Assembly (NCBI RefSeq): GCF_964355755.1
Contig: NC_092680.1
Span: 9,362,001-9,426,000, forward strand
Source of the DNA: Antedon mediterranea
Taxonomy: Eukaryota; Animalia; Echinodermata
Direction: 5' to 3'
Length of the DNA stretch: 64,000 nt
Position 1 is the stretch's first letter, and the number at the start of each line of letters is the position of its first letter. Shown here piece after piece: positions 1 through 11,300 of this stretch. Under the pieces are notes generated by a model. The model saw only the letters and a program-made list of their open reading frames with translations. It searched no databases and was not told the origin of the DNA. The position numbers were made by a program, and so were the translations under genes.

Positions 1-270
1 CGCTGAAAAGTTAGTCTTCCATTTGTTTTGGCCTCACGATCGATCGAAAAGTGGGCGAATTACAGGTGAAAAACAAAAACATCAATCCGCGCGCAATGCA
101 TTTTGGGATTTATAGCGGGCCGCTATAATTATTAGAATCGACTTATTTTTCACATTTTTAACCGTTTAAAGACGAAAAAAGTTATCGCAATAGGACCATA
201 TAGTATTATTTTTACATTAAATATAGTTTGTGATCTTAAATTAGATCTAAAAAACGGAGGGAATGGGGCT
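1..270. mobile_element. 3' end of a non-autonomous TTAA-target (Kolobok-like) DNA transposon, cut by the window edge
   Basis: Internal sequence (cgctgaaaagttag...ggcctcacgat...ttaaatatagtttgtgatcttaaa) recurs in the element at 43837-44345. It ends ...ggggct followed by TTAA (271-274). Confidence 0.6.
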
Positions 271-1636
271 TTAAATATCAGTGCAGATTACCTCTTTGAG
301 AATCGTGTCTACCTTTATTGTCTATCTATTATTATTCCCACATCTAGGCCAATCATTTTACATCATAGTCCTGCTGTATAGTAGGCCCGGTAGATTGATT
401 TATAACGGCATATTATTATTATCTATATACTGTATTTTAATATTTTATCCTAAAGCCATGCTCACATCAGAGTGGCGGATCGAACATAAAAATCATCGTC
501 ATACATCATCTTCCTTTATTGCATAAACCTCATTGAGCTGGTATCCACTTGCAGGTATAGAACAAGTTTCGTAATTAACTGTCATTACAAAATATGCAAT
601 AGGCGCGTCTACTTGTTTAACTATTAAACTATTTCAACATTTTCAAAACTTTGAAAAGTGGCATGCCAATCTTTTCAAAAACCTAACAAATATTTAATAA
701 AACTTTTTTTAAACGATTTTCTAAACGAACACATTACAATCATTCATTGACACCTGCTGTAAGATAAAAGGAAAACACAAATTATTTATAAATAATGAGA
801 TCAATATTTTAATTTATATTTACTGTACTTAAAAAAAATATTAATTAATAATAGTATAATTATAAATTCAATATTCAAAATTAACTAAAACCATAATTAG
901 CGTTTTCATAAAAAATGTATCTAGTGCGTCCCATACAAATTAGCGCGACCTATATAAAACGTAACTACTATAATAATATGATAAAACGCATATCTAGCGG
1001 CGCTCCATACAAAATACCAGATGTTGATTTTATAGCGACCGATTTCAAGCGCGACCGATTTCATCTGATACCCAAACGCGTGCGGACGTTCGGGTCCAAC
1101 TTTGTGGACGTTTGGGCTCAACTGTGTGGACGTTCAGGCCCAATATAATTAGACGATCGGGCCTATTAAGTATTATAAAAATAATGGGAAGACGATCGGG
1201 CCCACGAAAACGAATTGGATTTATAATTGTTCACCATAACATTTTACGCCGTGGTTAGGATTCCGGCACCGGAACTCAACTGCCCAGCGTTAGGGAATCC
1301 GACACGCTATTGCGCATGCCCAGAGCGAGGTAATCGGGGCGACTCTATACTGTACTTCTTATCAAAGAACTTAGTTCTCTTTGTTCTTATCAACAGCGAT
1401 GGATCATTTCATAGCTGCGCCACACGGCGAACTAGCCTAGCCTAGATGCCTACTAATATGGGATCCACTAATCTAGGCTAGGGCTACCAGTTAGACGTGA
1501 CCAGTGGTCCTATAGTATTTATTTTGTAATTAAAAAGTGGTTGCTTCATTCATATATACACTTCATATCATTATGAATTATATAATTACATGACTAGTTT
1601 TATATGGAACGCCTCCTCTGCCTTCAGTTCACATTT

Positions 1637-3876
1637 ATCATGCAGTACACACCAATCGTAATGCAGTACACCCCAATCGTCATGCAGTACACACCAATCG
1701 TCATGCAGTACACACCAATCGTCATGCAGTACACACCAAACATCATGCAGTACACACCAATCGTCATGCAGTACACACCAATCGTCATGCAGTACACACC
1801 AATCGTCATGCAGTACACACCAATGGTCATGCAGTACACACCAATTGTCATGCAGTACACACCAATCGTCGTTCACATTTATCATGCCGTACACACCAAT
1901 CGTCATGCAGTACACACCAATCGTCATGCAGTACACACCAATCGTCATGCAGTACACACCAAACATCATGCAGTACACACCAATTGTCATGCAGTACACA
2001 CCAATCGTCATGCAGTACACACCAATCGTCATGCAGTCAAATATTGCGTATTTATACCGCCACCTATCGACAAAATCGAATATCACGTGAGTTTTATTAG
2101 ACGGCTGTAAAACTAAGACTATTTAAACTTCTTTTATGGAATTCAATAATTGCAATGGCCTCCTAGCCGCGCCTGTGTCTCGCATAATAAATTATTGTAT
2201 ATATAAAAAACAGAGCATTCACAGAGATGTGTATGGAACGCCTCCTCTGCCTTCAGTTCACAATGGTCATGCAGTACACACCAGTCGTCATGCAGTACAC
2301 ACCAGTCGTCATGCAGTACACACCAATGGTCATGCAGTACACACCAATGGTCATGCAGTACACACCAATCGTCGTTCACATTTATCATGCAGTACACACC
2401 AATGGTCATGCAGTACACACCAATCGTCATGCAGTACACACCAATGGTCATGCAGTACACATCAATCGTCATGCAGTACACACCAAACATCATGCAGTAC
2501 ACACCAATCGTCATGCAGTACACACCAAACATCATGCAGTACACACCAATGGTCATGCAGTACACACCAATTGTCATGCAGTACACACCAATCGTCATGC
2601 AGTGAAATATTGCGTAATTTATACCGCCACCTATCGACAAAATCGAATATCACGTGACGTTTATTAGACGGCTGTAAAACTAGGCCATCGACTCTAAGAT
2701 TTCTTTTATGTTTGACATACTGTACTTATTTTAACCGCTACACATCTCTGTGAATGCTCTGTTTTTTATATATACAATAATTTATTATGCGAGACACAGG
2801 CGCGGCTAGGAGGCCATTTCAATTATTGAATTCCATAAAAGAAGTTTAAATAGTCTTAGTTTTACAGCCGTCTAATAAACCTCACGTGATATTCGATTTT
2901 GTCGATAGGTGGCGGTATAAATTACGCAATATTTGACTGCATGACGATTGGTGTGTACTGCATGACGATTGGTGTGTACTGCATGACAATTGGTGTGTAC
3001 TGCATGATGTTTGGTGTGTACTGCATGACGATTGGTGTGTACTGCATGACGATTGGTGTGTACTGCATGATAAATGTGAACGACGATTGGTGTGTACTGC
3101 ATGACAATTGGTGTGTACTGCATGACCATTGGTGTGTACTGCATGACGATTGGTGTGTACTGCATGACGATTGGTGTGTACTGCATGACGATTGGTGTGT
3201 ACTGCATGATGTTTGGTGTGTACTGCATGACGATTGGTGTGTACTGCATGACGATTGGTGTGTACTGCATGACCATTGGTGTGTACTGCATGACGATTGG
3301 TGTGTACTGCATGACGATTGGTGTGTACTGCATGATAAATGTGAACTGAAGGCAGAGGAGGCGTTCCATAGATGTGTAGCGGTTAAAATAAGTACAGTAT
3401 GTCAAACATAAAAGAAATCTTAGAGTCGATGGCCTAGTTTTACAGCCGTCTAATAAACGTCACGTGATATTCGATTTTGTCGATAGGTGGCGGTATAAAT
3501 TACGCAATATTTCACTGCATGACGATTGGTGTGTACTGCATGACGATTGGTGTGTACTGCATGACAATTGGTGTGTACTGCATGACCATTGGTGTGTACT
3601 GCATGATGTTTGGTGTGTACTGCATGACGATTGGTGTGTACTGCATGATGTTTGGTGTGTACTGCATGACGATTGGTGTGTACTGCATGACCATTGGTGT
3701 GTACTGCATGACGATTGGTGTGTACTGCATGACCATTGGTGTGTACTGCATGATAAATGTGAACGACGATTGGTGTGTACTGCATGACCATTGGTGTGTA
3801 CTGCATGACCATTGGTGTGTACTGCATGACCATTGGTGTGTACTGCATGACGATTGGTGTGTACTGCATGACCATT
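1637..3876. repeat. Four blocks of a 21-bp minisatellite (TCATGCAGTACACACCAATCG), two per strand
   Basis: Directly visible; it explains all the MQYTPIV/HAVHTNR/WCVLHDD pseudo-ORFs. Units abut with no unique spacers. Confidence 0.95.
2232..3370. mobile_element. Non-autonomous IS3EU-like element, inner copy, inserted in reverse orientation into the centre of the outer copy
   Basis: Same TATGG...CCATA termini; 6-bp TSD GATGTG at 2226-2231 and 3371-3376. Its central spacer (~2683-2857) is the reverse complement of the outer copy's split spacer (~2114-2231 plus ~3377-3434). Confidence 0.85.
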
Positions 3877-4603
3877 GTGAACTGAAGGCAGAGGAGGCGT
3901 TCCATAGTTTTATGATTTTTCATAACGCATTATAGTTACTCTCTACATAACAACATGCAATCACAAGTTGATTTGTTGACGGCAGCCACCGCGTGAATGT
4001 GAAAAAACTGTTCGGGAAGTCAGGGTCGCAACGCTAAAAACAGCATTACGATTCTTAGATAGATACTGATACTTATTAATATCATTATAATTATTTTAAC
4101 GCGTGGCGTAGTCGTATTTTAATTATTAATTCATGTATGGCATAGACCAAGTTTCATCCATCGCTCTCTCCCCCGCGCAACGACTATCTAGGCTACAGTA
4201 AATCCCTATAATACTCCGACTCTCCGTGGTGTGGCACACTATTCAGTATTAGTGCAAGCTATAATTCACTTCCCAGAGCTCTGGGCATGCGCAATAGCGT
4301 GTCGGATTCCCTAACGGTGAGCAGTTGAGTTCCGGTGCCGGAATCCTAACCACGGCGAACATTTTATTATATATTATGATTACCCTATTAAGGGGACATT
4401 ATTTTTTTTCTATACCAAACACAATAAAATTAAAAAACAAATAGGCCTATTCATTTTGGCTTAGGCCTCTAGGCCTACTACTAGGCTAAAAAAGGGATTT
4501 CATTTTCTCTATTTGCCAAACAATTGCAATAGTAGATACTTTAGGATACGAAGCGGCCGCTAGTTCAATAACGGTAATCTGTATGGAACGCCGTATGCGC
4601 TTA

Positions 4604-5278
4604 CCGTACTGACGCGGGTATAAGCCCATACTCGGGTATAAGCCCACCCCCGACTTTTGACTAATTTTCATGAAAAATGAGGCACTCGGGTATAAGCCCA
4701 TCCATTAATTCGAAGATCTACAGTGTGTGTCGTAATACATTATTTTGTATTTGGCGACGTCCATACACCGAATACACCTACCTTTGATCATAACCAAGCT
4801 AGGCTAATATACGCTAGGCCATATGAGGCCTAGCGGTCCTGTTTTGTTTACACTCCATTGTGGTCGAAGATCGCTTCACACACGACGCTACAAGTCGCCA
4901 AAACGGAAAACCCCTATTTTAGTATTTGGTATCGGCTGCCATAAACAAGCTTATTAAATTTCTTTGGTACATTTCTATTTAACGAATATTGTATACTTGC
5001 TTTTCTGCTTGATAAATTCTTGTTCAATTGATGTTTAAAATAATATATTCTACGATAAATTACACAAACTATAAGCTTAATTTTCCGACACTCTACACCT
5101 CGTGTATTTAGAGGCAACGTCGTACACGTGAGGGCGCTCGCTCGCATGGTGGAATACACAGTGTACATGTGCTGTTTTTGACGATCTGCATTTTTGGATC
5201 CTCGGGTATAAGCCCACCCCCCAAACTTGACGTGATTTCATGTTCGAGGGGGGTGGGCTTATACCCGCGTCAGTACGG
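4604..5278. mobile_element. Tc1/mariner-superfamily MITE (CCGTA termini, TA target)
   Basis: TIR ccgtactgacgcgggtataagccca / tgggcttatacccgcgtcagtacgg, flanked by TA on both sides. A second copy lies at 9882-11096. Confidence 0.85.
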
Positions 5279-5973
5279 TAATTGATTGTCATTGGTTTGT
5301 AATTTCTTGAATGTCATTGTTTGGACAAATTTACTTTACCTCGGACGTAAATAACAATCTACATTATTATGTAATTTATTCCCTTTTTTTACAGATTGAA
5401 TGTGATACATTCTTTTTAACGAAATAGCGAATCGATGATTACTTATTTTAACTGGTCTAAATGGTATATATGTTTAATAGATAATGTCAATAAAATACAT
5501 TGTGGTGTTTGTATTGTATATTAATATTATAAACCAATTATTAAGAATTATATATATTTTTTCAATAAAGTACTGTACAGTATATGAAAATTAAAATTGT
5601 ATATATATATTTTTGTTATTGTATATTATCAATTAATTGGTAAAATAACAAGTAGTGTTCGCAATCATAATTTGTTTATAATTTTATTGATGATGACATG
5701 ATGACAGCAACTTATTTATTTAATATCTCTCATTATTTTATACCTTCAGATATATAAATCAATTTAAAATGAGTTTTAAATACTAAAATAAGACGCAAGT
5801 GTCTGTGCGGTATGGTATTTAATTACACAAATTTCTGCTAATAACTCGACTGGCGACCGGCCATGAATAGTGCTGTAGAAGGTGCTCATTCCTCTGGCGT
5901 ATTTGTCCCCACAAACAATGTATTACAATGCAATAACACTTAAATGTACAAACACACCCTATTATATTATTAT

Positions 5974-7170
5974 TCGATAGTATGTACTGTAAATGAGATA
6001 CAGTATAAAGATTCGGCAATACAGTACGTAAATTATTAATGCAATACTGTATAAAGATTTGATAGTAAAGTAAACGAGATATAAAGATTTGGCGATACCG
6101 TACGTAAATTATTAATGCAATACTGTATAAAGATTTGATAGTAAAGTAAACGAGATATAAAGATTTGGCGATACCGTACGTAAATTATTAATGCAATACT
6201 GTATAAAGATTTGATAGTAAAGTAAACGAGATATAAAGATTTGGCGATACCGTACGTAAATTATTAATGCAATACTGTATAAAGATTTGATAGTAAAGTA
6301 AACGAGATATAAAGATTTGGCGATACCGTACGTAAATTATTAATGCAATACTGTATAAAGATTTGATAGTAATGTAAACGAGATACTGTATAATGATTTG
6401 GCGATACCGTATGTAAATTATTAATGCAATACTGTATAAAGATTTGATAGTAAAGTAAACGAGACATAAAGATTTGGCGATACCGTACGTAAATTATTAA
6501 TGCAATACTGTATAAAGATTCGATAGTAAAGTAAACGAGACATAAAGATTTGGCGATACCGTACGTAAATTATTAATGCAATACTGTATAAAGATTCGAT
6601 AGTAAAGTAAACGAGATATAAAGATTTGGCGATACCGTACGTAAATTATTAATGTAATACTGTATAACGATTCGATAGTATGTAAATGAGATACAGTATA
6701 AAGATTCGGCAATACTGTACTTAAATTATTAATGCGCAGCAATACTGTATAACGATTCGATAGTATGTAAATGAGATACAGTATAAAGATTCGGCAATAC
6801 TGTACTTAAATTATTAATTGCAATACTGTATAACGATTCGATAGTATGTAAATGAGACAATGAATACGCCGTAAGAAACGTTGGTTCAGTTCAACATTAT
6901 TGTTTCCCTTCATTACCAATATAAGGAAGAGATAAAGATTCAATAGTACGTAAATGAGATATAAAGGTTCAATAGTACATAGATTTTAATGATGCAAATG
7001 TAAATTATTAATGATTTGATAGTAAATGTAAATATTAAAAGAATATAAGATTCGATAGCATGTAATTGTAAGTTAATATTAAAATACAAATAAAATATAC
7101 AGTACATTGATTTATCATCAGCAGGCAAACTTAATTATTATAAAAATGTAAAGATTCGATAGTACATGAT
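5974..7170. repeat. About 76-bp tandem repeat, homogeneous in the centre and decaying at the 3' end
   Basis: ccgtacgtaaatt recurs at 6098 and 6174 and onward; 81-bp variants carry an extra ctgta. Confidence 0.9.
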
Positions 7171-7548
7171 TTTTGGCTTATATTTATTGGTTGGACCATA
7201 CTCCTTTAGCTGTAACTCAACTTGCCATACTGTAGGCCATGGCGTTGAAAACGACAATCAAAGATTAAAGCGCACATGGTGTTCCATACAAATGACGATA
7301 TTAGACTGGCGGCCGCTTCGACCATACTCCCATATATAGTTACCATACCAAATGTCAAAATGTGAGGTTTTTTTAGCTTACGTCACCTTTATAATATAAC
7401 ATTTTTCTATATCTTTTTTAATCGCACATAATGGCTACCATTAATATTATAAACATTGTTTGCCGAGAACTCAATTATAAACTATTATATATACCGTAAT
7501 GAAACAGATTTACAAACGATACACTTGGCTATCGGGCCAAACGTCTAA

Positions 7549-7835
7549 TGCACTTGTCAACTATATTACCCCGGTAGAGGTGCGTCATTTGTCAGGTATG
7601 TGTCATACCTTATGAATACCATGACAAACCCGTGCATCAAAAATGTGAATTACCTTTAGGTGACCATGACTCACTGTGACAATGTTGTTTATGATATTTT
7701 GAGTGGTAAAGTGATGGACATTAACACACCATCATTGATTTGACGTATCTTCTAGGTTTTTTGACGCACTCTCACGTCAGTAATTATTGATAAATAACGC
7801 GGGTCGTATTGTGCGTCATACAATTTACAAGTGCA
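7549..7835. mobile_element. MITE with TGCAC...GTGCA termini and TAA target (PIF/Harbinger-like)
   Basis: taa|tgcacttgtcaa ... tttacaagtgca|taa. A related copy in the opposite orientation lies at 41829-42160. Confidence 0.7.
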
Positions 7836-8394
7836 TAAGATGATCGGTCCAAACATATAAGACGATCAGGCACATAAAAATATGGGCCTGATCGTCCCTA
7901 TGATGGCCCCGATCGTCCTTGGGCCCGATCGCCTGTTCACCGCATAAATTATAATAGGCTACTAGAATAGACCCCTAGGCTATAGGCCATTCCAGGTGGA
8001 TAGCCTAGGTGGTAGGGGTAAACCTGGCCCTCTAGCCTATGCTATCTCTAGGCCTAACGCAGCAAAGTCTATACTAGGCTAGGTAGGTCTAGCTAGATTG
8101 AGGCCTGATGGAGCCAACTAGGAATTTTAAGGCAATTTGCAAATTACGAAAAACTATTTAAATTTGCATACAAAAGTTACGAGCAATCTAACAACTTGCA
8201 AAATGCAAATGTTTGCTTGCACCATTTGCTAGTTTTGCTAGGACGATGTGAAGCTGCACCTGAGCAATGATTAGATTCATATTAACATGCAGTTCAAAGG
8301 CACACACCGCATAAACTTACCAGCCTGTATCTACATTTTTTTTAAAATAGCATTCATTTATGTAATGTATTTTTGTATGGTGTTTTTTTCACAG

Positions 8395-11300
8395 GTCGTG
8401 GCTGTATCATTGAAGGGGACACTAGCTTTCCAGAGGGGACTAACCCTACATTGAAATGCGTTTGCCCTAATTCTGATGCTACTGATAAGTTGTGGTGGTG
8501 TCTTACTGAGGCAGGCTGTGAGCAAACCGAAGGTTTAGAGGTTGGTGCACACTATAATATTGAATCTGACTATCGAGCAACTGAAAGGGAAACTAGCAGT
8601 GTTTTGACTATAAAGAACATTGCAATTGAAGATAAAGGAGAATACACATGTAGGTCAACCACCGGCAATAGCTTTTCGCATACAATTACGAGTGTTTATG
8701 CAGGTATGATTGCTTGGTATTTTTTTTATCATCTATACATGTAAAAGTATACAATTTTATACAAATTCACATTTTACTTTCTTATCACCTACGGGCCTAC
8801 CACATACGCTTTTTATGTAGGCGATTTTATTCTAAATTTTAGTAAGTAATTTGCGTATAATCAATATGATAATCAATCATAAGGTCAAAGGACTGTTACA
8901 AGTTCCTATCTTGGCAAGACGTGCACTGTATCCTGTTCATAAATTGCCTTGGTATTGTACAAAAAAAAAACATGAAGGGTTTTTTTTTAGATGTGAGTAC
9001 ATTGGATCCTGAGGGTGATGCACAGTTAGAATATGGTGAAGATTTGACATTAACCTGTACAAGTGATCCATCCAATACTATTGAATGGACCAAAGATGAA
9101 AAAACTGTTTTAGATCAAGGTGACAACCCTGTTGGTGTAGACGACGATGTTGTGAATGTGAAGGGTGGCATTTTAAAGATCAAAGATGCCAATATCAATC
9201 ATGCTGGTTTATATCAATGCAATGTAGCGAAGAACTCTGAAAGAAAGAGATCTGTTGAATTGTGGAGTAAGTATCACAACAAAAATTACTTTTTAATCTA
9301 CTGCTCCAGCAAAAGGCGTGTGCCGCATTGTGTAGGACGTTCGACTACGAATCCAACTCTCGCCGCATTGCTTGTATCCTAATAGGCAAGACACTTACAT
9401 TTGCCTCTCTCCACCCAGGTGTATAAATTGGAACCCGGTTAGATCAAGAAAAACATTTGCGCTGATTACTATGCATTATGGGAGTATGTTTACATACGTG
9501 TTTAATAAAAAAAATGACTGGGGTAATATTGTTCTGCGCTTAGAGGTTTCACAACATTAGGCGCTATATAAATCCAAGATATAATTATTATTAAACCTTT
9601 GCTGGTTGTAAACAATCTTGTACTCAAATTTTGTCAAATTCTTTAATTCTACAATTTAGTGTAATTTACCAAAAAAAGTTACAGATGGATTTTTCCGTGT
9701 CATATCAACCAGAGTTCCCCGCTCAACTTTCTGTCTGTTTCATCACCATGTCCATATATGTGCATATCACATGTTGTCACATTTGGTAGTATAGACCGAG
9801 CTTTAAACTCCCTTAAACTGTTTATTGGCTTAAGTGAAATAGTGTGATTAGGTAATACCACCACATGTGCGCATTACCATGCCTTACTGACGCGGGTATA
9901 AGCCCATACTCTGGTACATACACCTACCTTTGATCATAAGCCTAGGCTAATAATATATGCTAGGGTAATATACGCTAGACCATATGAGGCCTAGCGGTCC
10001 TGTTTTGTTTACACTCCATCGCGGTCGAAGATCGCTTCACACACGACGCTCGAATCACAAGTCGCCAAAATGGAAAACCCCTATTTGGTATCGGCTGCCA
10101 TAAACAAGCTATTAAATTTCTTTGGTACATTTCTATCTAACGAACATTGTATACTTGCTTTTCTGCTTGATAAATTCTTGTTCAACTGATGTTTAAAATA
10201 AGATATTCTACGATAAATTACACAAATTTTCCGACACTCTACACCTCGTCTATTTGGCAACGTTGTACACGTCGCAACACCTCGTAAGGGTGCTCGCATG
10301 GTGGTTTCAGAGGAGGAATGTCCATGATTGAATACACAGTACGTGTGCTGTTTTTGACGATCTGCATTTTTGGATCCTCGGGTATAAGCCTAAAGCTTCC
10401 AGGAAACTTTTCTTTTTACGATCACTAAAACGATTTGGTTTTAACATTGAAGAGCTTAAATTGACCTTTTGTGGTTACATTAGACCAGTTGTTGAGTATG
10501 CTGATGTTGTTTGGCATTCTGGCCTGTCTAGTAGATTAAGCGATTGTATTGAAAATGTTCAAAAGAGGGCTTGCCGTATAATGTTAGGCAATGATTACTT
10601 TTCTTACTCTGGTGCCCTTGAATTTCTTAAATTAGAGACTTTGGCTCAAAGAAGGGTGGAGCATTGTCGCAAGTTCGCTGAGTATCTCCCCAAAATTAAA
10701 CAAACAGCTGATTTAATCCCACCGACAAGACATAGCTGTCATGGTAGGAATTTAAGAAATAAAAACAAAATTACCCAGCTAGCGTCTAAAACATCCAGAT
10801 TTACCAATAGCCCTATACCCTACTTCATCAAATTACTGAATTCTTAATTTTCTCCCCTGCTAGTTTGCGACTGCTCTCCCCTTCTTTGTTGTTTTTTTTT
10901 TTTTTTTTCATTTTTTTTATATATATTTATTTTTTTGATATGACATGTATTTTACACGCAATTTGGCTCTTAGCCACGAGTTGTAATTTTGGTCAATTTT
11001 TTGATATTTGAAATAAAAGTGAATAATAAGCCCACCCCCCAAACTTGCCGTGATTTCATGTTCAAAGAGAGTGGACTTATACCCGCTTCAGTACGGTAAT
11101 TAATCATTAAATATTTATATATTTTGTAGCAAAGATTGACGTAAAAGCTGATCTATCTGTGAAGGTAACTGAAGGTAAAGATGCAGAGATTAAATGCGTA
11201 GCGAGGTCGTATCCCCAACCAAAAGTCACTTGGAGGGTTCCCGGGCAAAATCAAACAATAGAAGGTACAAAGGGAAACACGGATGACGACGATGATACAT

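Larger units (their letters stand above)
1603..3906. mobile_element. Non-autonomous IS3EU-like element, outer copy, with minisatellite-filled inverted arms
   Basis: Termini TATGGAACGCC...GGCGTTCCATA; 6-bp TSD GTTTTA at 1597-1602 and 3907-3912. TAYGG termini plus a 6-bp TSD match my recollection of the IS3EU superfamily. Confidence 0.8.
1247..4357. mobile_element. Non-autonomous Mutator-like (MULE) DNA transposon hosting nested IS3EU-like elements
   Basis: About 80-bp terminal inverted repeats (cgccgtggttaggattccggcaccggaactcaactgc... / ...gcagttgagttccggtgccggaatcctaaccacggcg). Perfect 9-bp target duplication AACATTTTA at 1238-1246 and 4358-4366; a 9-bp TSD is typical of MULEs. Confidence 0.8.

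Noticed and set aside
1637-3876. CRISPR-like array or repeat-protein genes (MQYTPIV, WCVLHDD, HAVHTNR ORFs)
   Set aside because: Units are contiguous with no unique spacers and there are no cas genes. The context is eukaryotic, and the ORFs are open in several frames on both strands simply because the 21-bp unit lacks stops.
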